From assembly GCA_016217925.1 (NCBI GenBank), contig JACRFK010000009.1:33191-97190 (forward strand): DNA of 64,000 nucleotides, read 5' to 3'. The DNA is from Candidatus Kaiserbacteria bacterium. Lineage in GTDB: Bacteria > Patescibacteriota > Minisyncoccia > Phycocordibacterales > UBA2100. Positions 34,170-43,424 of this stretch are shown one piece after another (the stretch's first letter is position 1; each line of letters opens with the position of its first letter). The notes under the pieces were generated by a model. The model had not been told where the DNA came from. It ran no database searches and saw nothing but the letters and a program-made list of their open reading frames with translations. Position numbers and translations under genes: made by a program.

Positions 34170-36131
34170 ATGACAAACAAACTAACCACTCTCATCGCAA
34201 CGTTCATCGCCGTCGCTGCGCTGCTTGCCTTTGGGGGGGTCCGCGCCTTCGCCGCCTCCTCGCTTTTCGGCGGCGCGTCGCTCGGGCTTGGCTATGTAAG
34301 CCTCGTCTCGGATGGAAGCGACAACCCAGGCAATACGACGAACGATTGGAGTGAAGTATCGTTCGACGACATGAACGGCGTGACGTTCTCAGATCTCGCA
34401 GTTTTGAGCGCCGATTTTGACGTGACGGATGATAGCTGTGGTGGCGGATCTCCTCGCTTCCAGATCGCCATTGATGACGATAACGACACCGTCTCCGACG
34501 GCAACATCTTTGTGTATCTCGGCCCATCTCCATCATTTTCAGGATGCACGGGAGGCTGGCAGAACTCTGGCAATCTCATCGGGAACGAAGACGCGGGAAG
34601 ATGGGACTACACACAACTCGGTGGGCCTTTGGGCGGTTATAGCGGAGCGACTGCAAGCATTCAAAACGGCAAGATCCTCGGCATCAGCATTGTAGTTGAC
34701 AGCTACTGGAGCGCGGCCGCGACTGGCGGTGATTCAGAGATGACCACAAATATAGACAACGTGGTTATGAAAAAACTCGTCGGCTCGACCTACGACTTCG
34801 AAGCGCCGGCAACTGTCACCGTTAGCATCGTGAAGTACGTGGACGGTGTGCACGCGACGGCGGGGAATGCGAGCAGCCTTTCGTTCCCAATAGATGCAAC
34901 GTGGAATGCCGTGAATATCGGCGCAGGCGCAGGAAGCTTCGCACTCTCGACCATCGGCTTCAACAATCCGAATCCGTATGAGGCGACGACTGCGGAAATG
35001 ACGAGCGGCGCTGACTACTCGGTAAGCGAGGACACGAGTGGACCAAATGTGGGCGCGAGCTGTGCCGACAACAAGCCGTTCGCTCTCGCAGGATATTCGA
35101 CCGGCGATACCGAGGGCGCGGCTGCAGGCGCTGCGACGTCATCGAGCGCTGTTCTCGCCGGCATTACGACCGACAAGTTCATTATCGTGTGGAACGAAAC
35201 CTGCGAGGATGAAGGGACGTTAACGTTGCAAAAGACCGTTGTCACCGACAGCGGCGGCACGGCCACCGACACCGATTGGACGCTCTCTGCTTCCGGCCCG
35301 ACGCCGATCTCGGGCGTGGAGGGCAATGCGAGCGTCACAAACGCAGTTGTGCTTGCGGGTACCTACGACCTCTCTGAATCGGGCCCAGGCGGATACACAG
35401 CTTCCGATTGGGTCTGCACCGCAAATGGCGGCGGGCCCGCGCCTACCTTCGTGCAGGATGATGGCGACACGATAACGATAAGTGATGGAGATGACATCAC
35501 GTGCGTCATCACAAACGACGACGACTTCGTACCAACTCCGCCTCCTTCTCCGACTGCATGCGACACACCGGGCGTGGCGCCGTTCGGGTACACCCTCCAG
35601 AATGGCACGGCGGGTAACGACAACGTCACTATCGCGCCATTCACCATGTTCGTCGGGTTTGGCGGCTACGACACGGTGAACGGACCTGCCGACGGGAACT
35701 ACATCGTCTGCACCGGAGCCAAGACCGACAAAATCACGCTCGGAAATGGTGACTTCACGATAAGTGCGGGAGAGGGACACAACAACATCACAACGGGGAA
35801 TGGCAACGGCTACATCGTGACGGGCAGCGGTAACGACCAGGTAAAGACAGGTAACGGGACACAAACGATACAAGCGGGTGAGGGTTACAACTGGATCTTG
35901 ACCGGTGATGGCGATAAGAACGTAACAACCGGCAGTGTGGGCGATCAGATATACACCGGCGCGGGCTCCGACACGATAAACGCGGGCGGTGGATACAATA
36001 AGGTCAACTCAGGTGCAGGAAACGACACAATTACGTCCGGCCCCAACAACGACAACATCGACGGCGGTGCAGACTTCGACACGTGCAATGGGGGAGGTGG
36101 ATACGACGCAATAACGAACTGCGAGGCGTAA
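34170..36131 (+). CDS. Large secreted protein with Cna-B/prealbumin-like domain and C-terminal RTX-like (GGxGxD) beta-roll repeats
   Basis: Start set at MTNKLTTLIATFIAVAALLAFGGVRAFAA (signal peptide). LTLQKTVVTDSGGTATDTDWTLSASG...GTYDLSESGPGGYTASDWVC.......ITCVITNDD. C-terminal ~150 aa of TGNGNGYIVTGSGNDQVKTGNGTQTIQAGEGYNWILTGDGDKNVTTGSVGDQIYTGAGSDTINAGGGYNKVNSGAGNDTITSG (nonapeptide-like Ca-binding repeats). Confidence 0.7.
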   Translation: MTNKLTTLIATFIAVAALLAFGGVRAFAASSLFGGASLGLGYVSLVSDGSDNPGNTTNDWSEVSFDDMNGVTFSDLAVLSADFDVTDDSCGGGSPRFQIAIDDDNDTVSDGNIFVYLGPSPSFSGCTGGWQNSGNLIGNEDAGRWDYTQLGGPLGGYSGATASIQNGKILGISIVVDSYWSAAATGGDSEMTTNIDNVVMKKLVGSTYDFEAPATVTVSIVKYVDGVHATAGNASSLSFPIDATWNAVNIGAGAGSFALSTIGFNNPNPYEATTAEMTSGADYSVSEDTSGPNVGASCADNKPFALAGYSTGDTEGAAAGAATSSSAVLAGITTDKFIIVWNETCEDEGTLTLQKTVVTDSGGTATDTDWTLSASGPTPISGVEGNASVTNAVVLAGTYDLSESGPGGYTASDWVCTANGGGPAPTFVQDDGDTITISDGDDITCVITNDDDFVPTPPPSPTACDTPGVAPFGYTLQNGTAGNDNVTIAPFTMFVGFGGYDTVNGPADGNYIVCTGAKTDKITLGNGDFTISAGEGHNNITTGNGNGYIVTGSGNDQVKTGNGTQTIQAGEGYNWILTGDGDKNVTTGSVGDQIYTGAGSDTINAGGGYNKVNSGAGNDTITSGPNNDNIDGGADFDTCNGGGGYDAITNCEA

Positions 36132-36160
36132 ATTATCAAATTAGTAATTACGAATAAATT

Positions 36161-36565
36161 ATGAACACATCAGTAACTCAGAAAACGTATGTAGTGGCCC
36201 TCGTGATACTTCTGGCAGTCCTTGCCTACATCGCGCTTGCGCCGACTGCGGACGCAAGCACACAAGTAGGGGGGAGATCAGACCGCACGCGCGAAGTAGG
36301 AGCCCCGTTGCCCGGAGGCACGGGCGGCACCGGAGGTTCGCAGGGCGGGACATCGGGAGAAAGCGGACAGTCCGGAGATTCGTCAACCAACGAAACATTG
36401 GACCAGGAGGCAGCACAGGCGCTCATCGATGAGATAGTAGACAACGTGCCAAACGAAAGCGACTTCCCGAGCCAAAGTGACATCGATGAAGCGACCGACC
36501 CGCCCACGATTCCCGGCTTTCTCGCCCTCTTCAATACGTTCCTCACACGCTTCCGGGATAGATAG
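36161..36565 (+). CDS. Small secreted acidic protein
   Basis: TM/signal segment VVALVILLAVLAYIALAP. Gly/Ser-rich. Acidic C-terminal half. Confidence 0.5.
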   Translation: MNTSVTQKTYVVALVILLAVLAYIALAPTADASTQVGGRSDRTREVGAPLPGGTGGTGGSQGGTSGESGQSGDSSTNETLDQEAAQALIDEIVDNVPNESDFPSQSDIDEATDPPTIPGFLALFNTFLTRFRDR

Positions 36566-36703
36566 TTGCCGGAACATCTCTGCTACGTGGGAGGGAATGG
36601 ATAGGTGGGAAATATGCCCTCAGTAGAGCCAAGATTCTCCTTTTCTCGGGGCCTTGACCTGTCTGTCCTTGAGAGGTAAAACTGGAGGCCCAGAGAGCGA
36701 ATT

Positions 36704-39700
36704 ATGATCAAAGTATTGTCAATATCAGAATCGAGAATAATGGCTGTATTCCTAGCTATAGCCATTATCTACACCCCGATAGCCCCCGCTGTCCTTTATG
36801 CTCAAGTGGCGACCACCACCGAGACCACCACGGAAACGAGGGCAGAGAGAGATAGAAATGCGGATACCGCGCCCCCGACCATCGAGCCTCACGCGAACGT
36901 AAACGCCGAAGCAACGTCTGAAGCCGGTGCCGTCGTTTCATACACTTCGCCCGCTACGACAGACGATGTAGACGGTGCGGGCGTCGCCTCGTGCTCTCCT
37001 CCTTCGGGCTCCACCTTCCCGGTCGGTAATACAGTGGTGACCTGTACCGCGACCGATGTCGCAGGCAACACGGCTACGATGTCGTTCTATATAAAAGTTG
37101 CCGCTCTTCCGCCGCCCGACACCGCCACGACCACTCCCGATGTCGCCACAAGCACGCCCGACATTATTGCAACGAGTACTCCCGACATTATTGCCACAAG
37201 CACTCCCGATGTCGCGACCAGCACTCCGGAGACAACTCCACCCGACGACCCGTCCGCCGCTTCGACCGCGTCCGCCAATTCGGCAGAAATTCCTCCGGAC
37301 CAATCCGGTACCGACAATACTGATTTCCAAAATATCATCAATGGAGGATCTGCAACTACCACGGACGATACACTACCTATCATCAATGCGAGCGCGACCT
37401 CGACAGAGGCACTCGCCCTTGATCCCAAGCTCTCCGTCGCCACTTCAACGGACGGCACCGGCTCGAAATTTGGCGGCACGATATTCACGGGAAGCGCCGT
37501 TGCCTCCACGACGGTCAACAATACTCTCAACATCACGCGCTCGAACGTAGACGGCCCCGGAGTGACCAACAGCTCCCACATCACTGCAGATACCGATAAC
37601 ACTGGTACCGTGACGACGGCCGATGATACGCGGGCGTTCACCGGAGACAACAATGGCTTCGGCGGAGAGGGCAATGCGACCATTTACACAGGCAACGCCG
37701 TCTCCTCCGCGCGGGTCTTAAACGTCGTCAACACCAACTTTTTCAATTCGACCGGTCTCGTACTCTTTCTCAACCCGCAAAATGGCGACGGCCTTGACCT
37801 GCGCACCGCCAATCTCTCGTACCTCATCGCCGGTGGTGTAGGGGCTTCCCCGACCAATCTAGGATGCACCATCCTCACGTGTCTCAATAGCGCGACATTG
37901 CAGATACTCAATAAAAACGTCGGCACCATCAACAACAACGTCCTTGTGCGTGCCTCGACAGGCGGCAATGCTGCGACTTCGACCAAGGAAGGAGGCATCG
38001 ACATACGGACGGGCGACGCATACGCTTCCGCAGCCGTCTTGAACCTCGTCAATACGAATTTCATCAACTCAAAATATTTTGTCGCGACATTCGATAATTT
38101 CGGCAGTATGCAGGGCGACGTCGTACTACCCGACGCAGGCTTTTTCAGGACATTCTTCAAGAACGGCAATACGCTGCCCGACCTCAATTCGAGTTCGTAC
38201 ATCGTCTCGAATGACAACGAAGAGACATTCGTGGGGACGACTACCGCCAATGCGCTTACCGGAGGAAACATCGCTACGACCACGAGCCCGGGTGACGGCC
38301 ACGGGGAAATAAAGACCGGACAAGCCTACACGTCGTCTACAAGCTACACCGCCGCCAACCAAACACACGTCGGTGGCTCATCGGCGCTGTTCGTGTTCCA
38401 CGTATCCGGCGCGTGGAACGGCACCGTCAAAGGCTTGCCCGAAGGCATGTCGTGGCGCCGTACCGATTACGGCATCGAGGTCTACAGTTCCGGCAACAAC
38501 TTGTCCACGAGCACACAAGGTATCTACAATTCGGCAACATTCATCGCTTCTTCGACCAACAGGGCGACCGTGAGAACCGACGTGAACGTCTGGGCTGAGA
38601 CCGGTGAGAACCGCGCGCAGACCGAGAACGGTACCTCGACCATCGCGACAGGAGACGCCTATGCGACCGCCAACGTCGTCAACATGGTGAACACCAACGT
38701 CGTCAACAGGAACTTCATGTTCGCCGTGTTCAATATATCCGGCGATTGGAACGGGGACATCGACTTCGGAGGCCACAGCCCGAACATGAAGGTGACGACG
38801 ACGGTGGACGCACCAAACCCCACGGCCCCGAACTCCGATGTCACCTACCACCTCACTGTTGCGAATAATGGCAGTGTTGATGCGGACAACGTCGTTCTTT
38901 CGGCAGCATACAACAAAAGCCTCCTCTTCATCTCGAGAAGCAACGGGCTCAGTTCGGATACCTCGACCGGTACAAAGTGGGACCTCGGCCGTATTCCTGC
39001 GGGAGGTACTCGTGAAATAATCGCGACCGCGCGCGTATCCGCTCCGGGCCTCTCCGCCGGGTTCTCGATGACCCTACCCTTGACGGCGACCGTCTCATCC
39101 AGTCTTCGAGATCAGGACGATGCCGACAATACACAGAGCGTCTCGGTCGTCGTCTCTTTGCCGGAAAGCGGAAGTACCGGAGGTGATACTACCAACACGG
39201 ATACCCGAGACAGAGGAGACCGCACGGATACCGGCAGCACTCCTCCGCCACCGCCACCCTCTGGAGGCGGAGGCGGCGGTGGAGGCGGCGGTGGAGGAGG
39301 CGGAGGCGGCAGTACCCCACCACCCTCCGGCGGCGGCGGCACGCCACCGCCCGCGGGCAGCGGAACCACCACCCCACCACCCGGCACTACTACCACTCCA
39401 CCACCGGCCTCAAATAACGGTACGAGTCCCTCGACAAACTCGGGCTCTTCGGGTGGCGGAGGTTCTACGCCCGCGAGCACGAATAATGGCGTATTCGTCG
39501 GCAACAACGCCATCGCGACGACATGGGAGCCGAACCCCGAGATAACGGTGGTAAAGACATCGAGTATCGTGAAGACGACAGCGCCCGCGACGGTGGACTA
39601 CAAAGTGATAGTGAGGAATAGCAAGAACGCGGGCGCGGCGTTCCGCGGACTGCTCACCGACATACTCTACAATCCGAAGGGGGCCGTTATGTCCAATCGT

Positions 39701-40381
39701 TCGTGGGACCTCGAGACGATAGTCCCCGGCGATGAGATAACGCTCACGTACACCGTTGAATACGCCACGAGTACTGCTCCGGGTAAGTATCACAACGTAG
39801 CGCGAGTGACCGCGAAGCGCAATTCGTCTATTGCCACAGCGCCCGATATAACGCCCGTTGAGGCGTCCCGAGATGTTGAATTTGGCTCCAACGGTCTTGT
39901 ACTTGGGGTTTCTACATCGAGCCCGAAGTTTGCGAGCTCGACCATCACCGTCGCGCCCACCTCCTGCGTCCCGCTCCTCACGACCTTTATGAAACAGGGG
40001 CAAGCGAACGTACCATCCGAGGTCGTAAAACTGCAGACATTTCTCAATACGGAAGGCGCACGGCTTCCGACGACCGGATTCTTCGGGTCCATGACGACGG
40101 CAGCCGTCAAGAACTTTCAGCTCAAATATAAGAGTGAGGTCCTGACACCGCTCGGACTTACGAGACCCACCGGCAATGTGTACGGCTCGACCCAAAGAAA
40201 GATAAACCAACTGAACTGTGGCGGGACAACGACCTATATGGAGAACGCACCTGCGGTATCTGCATCTGCGGTGAAGCCGGCGTCGAAGAAAGCTGCGGCC
40301 CCCGCGAAAGCTCCCGCGGCACCGAAGTCGTCCGGATTGCTCAACGCCGTCGGCTCGCTGTTCTCGAAGAAGTGGTGGTAA
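36704..40381 (+). CDS. Giant cell-surface protein (1225 aa): HYR-like domain, TSTPDIIA short repeats, TG(N/D)A..V.N.VNTN repeats, two DUF11-like domains, C-terminal PG_binding_1 and Lys/Ala-rich tail
   Basis: Signal/TM segment. HYR-like PPTIEPHANVNAEATSEAGAVVSYTSPATTDDVDGAGVASCSPPSGSTFPVGNTVVTCTATDVAGNTATMSFYIKV. Repeats IYTGNAVSSARVLNVVNTNFFNS / RTGDAYASAAVLNLVNTNFINS / ATGDAYATANVVNMVNTNVVNR. DUF11-like VTYHLTVANNGSVDADNVVL. Poly-Gly then Pro-rich stretch. PG_binding_1-like VVKLQTFLNTEGARLPTTGFFGSMTTAAVKNFQLKY. Confidence 0.8.
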   Translation: MIKVLSISESRIMAVFLAIAIIYTPIAPAVLYAQVATTTETTTETRAERDRNADTAPPTIEPHANVNAEATSEAGAVVSYTSPATTDDVDGAGVASCSPPSGSTFPVGNTVVTCTATDVAGNTATMSFYIKVAALPPPDTATTTPDVATSTPDIIATSTPDIIATSTPDVATSTPETTPPDDPSAASTASANSAEIPPDQSGTDNTDFQNIINGGSATTTDDTLPIINASATSTEALALDPKLSVATSTDGTGSKFGGTIFTGSAVASTTVNNTLNITRSNVDGPGVTNSSHITADTDNTGTVTTADDTRAFTGDNNGFGGEGNATIYTGNAVSSARVLNVVNTNFFNSTGLVLFLNPQNGDGLDLRTANLSYLIAGGVGASPTNLGCTILTCLNSATLQILNKNVGTINNNVLVRASTGGNAATSTKEGGIDIRTGDAYASAAVLNLVNTNFINSKYFVATFDNFGSMQGDVVLPDAGFFRTFFKNGNTLPDLNSSSYIVSNDNEETFVGTTTANALTGGNIATTTSPGDGHGEIKTGQAYTSSTSYTAANQTHVGGSSALFVFHVSGAWNGTVKGLPEGMSWRRTDYGIEVYSSGNNLSTSTQGIYNSATFIASSTNRATVRTDVNVWAETGENRAQTENGTSTIATGDAYATANVVNMVNTNVVNRNFMFAVFNISGDWNGDIDFGGHSPNMKVTTTVDAPNPTAPNSDVTYHLTVANNGSVDADNVVLSAAYNKSLLFISRSNGLSSDTSTGTKWDLGRIPAGGTREIIATARVSAPGLSAGFSMTLPLTATVSSSLRDQDDADNTQSVSVVVSLPESGSTGGDTTNTDTRDRGDRTDTGSTPPPPPPSGGGGGGGGGGGGGGGGSTPPPSGGGGTPPPAGSGTTTPPPGTTTTPPPASNNGTSPSTNSGSSGGGGSTPASTNNGVFVGNNAIATTWEPNPEITVVKTSSIVKTTAPATVDYKVIVRNSKNAGAAFRGLLTDILYNPKGAVMSNRSWDLETIVPGDEITLTYTVEYATSTAPGKYHNVARVTAKRNSSIATAPDITPVEASRDVEFGSNGLVLGVSTSSPKFASSTITVAPTSCVPLLTTFMKQGQANVPSEVVKLQTFLNTEGARLPTTGFFGSMTTAAVKNFQLKYKSEVLTPLGLTRPTGNVYGSTQRKINQLNCGGTTTYMENAPAVSASAVKPASKKAAAPAKAPAAPKSSGLLNAVGSLFSKKWW
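37129..37240 (+). repeat. Short tandem coding repeats (21-24 nt x ~5) encoding TPD(V/I)(A/I)ATS
   Basis: actcccgatgtcgccacaagc / acgcccgacattattgcaacgagt / actcccgacattattgccacaagc / actcccgatgtcgcgaccagc. Confidence 0.65.
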
Positions 40382-40392
40382 GTTCATTCGTT

Positions 40393-40842
40393 ATGAGGAA
40401 CATGCTCCGTAAAATCACAGCGATTTCTCTATTTGTACCGCTGTTTGCGTACGCGGAAGTGCTTCAGAGTACGAGCGTATCCTCATCGTACAGCGGAGGC
40501 GTAGTCGTTGCCGCCGAGGCGACGTCGACCGGGGAGTCAAGCGCGTCTGCAGATATCAGGGCGACTGTGAGGAGCGGGAAGGGCGGCGTGTGGGTAGAGA
40601 TAACGACAGAGAAAGACGGTGTACGGCGGACAGAGGTCCGACAAGGGGACGTGTCACCGGAACGATCTGTCACTGTTTCTATCGCGACGAGTAGCGGAGC
40701 CGGGGTTCCTGCCGGAGAAGCGCGCGCCACGAGGGGAGGGAATGCTACGACAAGCGCTCAGCGCGCTTCCGGGGCTCTACGTATTTGGAGCGAGAATCTT
40801 CGAGCTCTCCTGAGGAACTTTTTCCGTCAATTCTCCCGCTAA
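40393..40842 (+). CDS. Small secreted hypothetical protein
   Basis: Start set at MRNMLRKITAISLFVPLFAYA (signal peptide). Ser/Thr/Gly-rich. Confidence 0.5.
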   Translation: MRNMLRKITAISLFVPLFAYAEVLQSTSVSSSYSGGVVVAAEATSTGESSASADIRATVRSGKGGVWVEITTEKDGVRRTEVRQGDVSPERSVTVSIATSSGAGVPAGEARATRGGNATTSAQRASGALRIWSENLRALLRNFFRQFSR

Positions 40843-40849
40843 CTACCAA

Positions 40850-40875
40850 AAAAGCACATAGGTCGGTTCTCGGGG
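40850..40875 (+). repeat. REP-like repeat, copy F
   Basis: aaaagcacataggtcggttctcgggg. Confidence 0.65.
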
Positions 40876-40879
40876 ATTA

Positions 40880-40905
40880 AAAAGCACATAGGTCGGTTCT
40901 CGGGG
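40880..40905 (+). repeat. REP-like repeat, copy G (tandem with F)
   Basis: aaaagcacataggtcggttctcgggg, 4 nt after copy F. Confidence 0.65.
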
Positions 40906-40964
40906 ATTTTTTGGAGGCGTGCTATTGCGCTTGACCTTGACAGAGGACGGTATACACTGGCGGC

Positions 40965-42290
40965 ATGAGTATACGGAGATTTATGTCTTCGGTGTTGCTT
41001 TTGGCTGTCTGTACGGCGTTCACTTTTTTTGCTTTTGTCAATGCGGATGTGCGCGAAGACCGACCCGTGCGGGATGAGGTGGTCGCAGGTCAATACATCG
41101 TCGTTCTCAAAGACTCGGTCGTGGATATCGATACGGCGGAAAATGACATAGTCAAGAATTCCCGTAGTGAGCGATTTAATTCCTACAGAAATACGATCCA
41201 CGGATTCGCCGCTCGCATTCCCGATGCAGAACTCGACGCGGTGAAGAACGACCCGCGTGTCGAATTCGTGAGCGAGGACCGAGTGGTTTCTACTACCGAT
41301 GCCCGCAGCGCGGGAGCGCGTGAGCGCGGTGTAACAGAGCTCGCCAAAAACGGCACTCTCTTTGCCCAGGCGCAGTCACTGCCCACAGGCATCGATCGCA
41401 TCAATGCGGAGAACAAAACCAACAAAGGAGCCGGCGTGCAGGTCGCGGTCATCGACACCGGCATTTACGTAAACCATCCGGACCTCAAGGCAAACGTGCT
41501 CGGCGGCAAAAATTGCATATCGTCGAATAAATCGGCATACATTGACCAGAACGGACACGGCACGCACGTCGCGGGCACTATCGCTGCCCTGGATAACGGT
41601 CAGGGAGTTGTCGGCGTTGCGCCTGCGGCGAAGCTCTGGGCTATACGCGTACTCGACAGAAATGGCAACGGCACGTGGTCGTCGGTCATATGCGGCCTAG
41701 ACGCCGTTGCCGCGAGCGGCCCGAAATACGGCGGCAGTATCACCGTTGCGAACATGAGCCTCGGCGGAAGCGGCACATCCGACAACAACTGCGGCAATAC
41801 CAATAACGACGCCCTGCACAAGGCAGTCTGCCGCGTACGTGATGCGGGCATCACGCTCGTCGTCGCCGCAGGCAACAGTGGCGCTAATGCCGCAAACTTC
41901 GTACCGGCGGCCTACGACGACGCCGTCATCACGGTCTCCGCACTTGCGGACTCGAATGGAACTTCGGGTGGAGGGGGAGCGCCTACTTCCTACGGTGCCG
42001 ACGACACATTCGCATCGTTCAGCAACTGGGGTACGCCGGTAGATATCGGCGCACCGGGCGTCAATATTTATTCAACGTGGCTTTCGAATGGCTACAAAAC
42101 TATTAGCGGCACGAGCATGGCCTCTCCACACGTGGCAGGTGCGGCGGCTCTCTACGTCGCAACGCACCCGGGCGCCTTGTGGACCGACGTGCGCAATGCC
42201 TTGGTCGCCGCGGGGGAAGCCGTCGGGGCAGGGCACACCGACCCTTCAGGAAAACATCCGGAGCTTGTCTTGCGCGCCGATACGCTATAA
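40965..42290 (+). CDS. Subtilisin-like serine protease (S8) with I9 inhibitor propeptide
   Basis: Signal peptide. Propeptide (YIVVLKD...HGFAARI). Catalytic D (VAVIDTGI), H (HGTHVAGTIAA), S (GTSMASPHVAGAAAL). Confidence 0.85.
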   Translation: MSIRRFMSSVLLLAVCTAFTFFAFVNADVREDRPVRDEVVAGQYIVVLKDSVVDIDTAENDIVKNSRSERFNSYRNTIHGFAARIPDAELDAVKNDPRVEFVSEDRVVSTTDARSAGARERGVTELAKNGTLFAQAQSLPTGIDRINAENKTNKGAGVQVAVIDTGIYVNHPDLKANVLGGKNCISSNKSAYIDQNGHGTHVAGTIAALDNGQGVVGVAPAAKLWAIRVLDRNGNGTWSSVICGLDAVAASGPKYGGSITVANMSLGGSGTSDNNCGNTNNDALHKAVCRVRDAGITLVVAAGNSGANAANFVPAAYDDAVITVSALADSNGTSGGGGAPTSYGADDTFASFSNWGTPVDIGAPGVNIYSTWLSNGYKTISGTSMASPHVAGAAALYVATHPGALWTDVRNALVAAGEAVGAGHTDPSGKHPELVLRADTL

Positions 42291-42334
42291 AAAAACGAGT
42301 TTTGAGTTTGGCGGGGACATGAGAAAATGCACGT

Positions 42335-43336
42335 GTGCGTAACAACACACCAAAGCGCTTGAGCCGTACCCCTTCGGTCATGCCGAAACGGCAGCTGTGG
42401 CTCCTCGAGGGGGCAACATTAGCCGCTTCGGTCGCGCTCATACTCTCTCTTTTTTGCGTATCTGCGATACAAACATTCATCGTCCGTTCGGGGCAAGGAG
42501 CGGCGGTCGTCTCTGCGGTATTGGTCGATCTCGCGAACAGTGACCGCGCATCGAACATGGTGGGGGGCCTCACCGTAAATCCCGTGCTTACCGCTGCGGC
42601 GCAGGCAAAAGCCGACGATATGGCGGCGAAGGGATACTTCGCCCACGTCTCTCCAGACGGTCGCGATTCGTGGTACTGGTTTAAGCAGGCCGGATACTCA
42701 TTCAGCTATGCGGGAGAAAATCTCGCCGTCGACTTCTCCGATTCCGCGGATGTCGAGCGGGCGTGGATGAATTCGCCCACGCACCACGACAATCTGCTCG
42801 ACCCGCATTTTACCGAGATCGGTATCGCGCTTGCGTGGGGGACATTTGAGGGCCACGCGACGACGTTCGTGGTGCAGATGTTCGGTACTCCCGCGGAGAC
42901 TGCAGAGGTCGCCTCTATTCAGGAGGTTGCAACACCGCTCGATGCCACAGAAACCGCTGTCGCAACGACGCAACCCGCGGGGGCGAACGTCTTGGGTGCA
43001 AGCGTGGATGAGGGAGCGCAAGCCGGCGCACTGACCGCCGACATCAGTACGACCGCGGCTCCGCCCATAGGTGCCGTTACACGATACGCTCCTCCATGGG
43101 GCCTCATGGCGACGTCGCCAAAGACGATGCTACGCTACGCGTTTTACGCCATCGGATTCCTCGTGCTTTTGGCGCTGCTCCTTACAACAGGCCTGGAGTT
43201 GCGATGGCATCATCGAAGAGCCTTTGTTACTGCCGCGTGTTTGCTGGTCTTCATGTCCGCAGTTTTCGTCGTTGCGGATTACGCGGTGTTCACCGAACCG
43301 GTATTGGCCGATACTTTGCCGGGACTTGATCAATAG
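42335..43336 (+). CDS. CAP/SCP/PR-1-like domain protein (YkwD-like), membrane-anchored
   Basis: N-terminal TM. CAP core AAQAKADDMAAKGYFAHVSPDGRDSWYWFKQAGYSFSYAGENLA...HHDNLLDPHFTEIGIAL. C-terminal TM. Start could be the Met at 42380. Confidence 0.7.
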   Translation: MRNNTPKRLSRTPSVMPKRQLWLLEGATLAASVALILSLFCVSAIQTFIVRSGQGAAVVSAVLVDLANSDRASNMVGGLTVNPVLTAAAQAKADDMAAKGYFAHVSPDGRDSWYWFKQAGYSFSYAGENLAVDFSDSADVERAWMNSPTHHDNLLDPHFTEIGIALAWGTFEGHATTFVVQMFGTPAETAEVASIQEVATPLDATETAVATTQPAGANVLGASVDEGAQAGALTADISTTAAPPIGAVTRYAPPWGLMATSPKTMLRYAFYAIGFLVLLALLLTTGLELRWHHRRAFVTAACLLVFMSAVFVVADYAVFTEPVLADTLPGLDQ

Positions 43337-43424
43337 ATTTGTAACGCAGGATATACACATGCACCCCTCGCGCGGGTGTGCCGCGGGTCTACAATTCACA
43401 AATTATCTTTAAAACGGATATATT

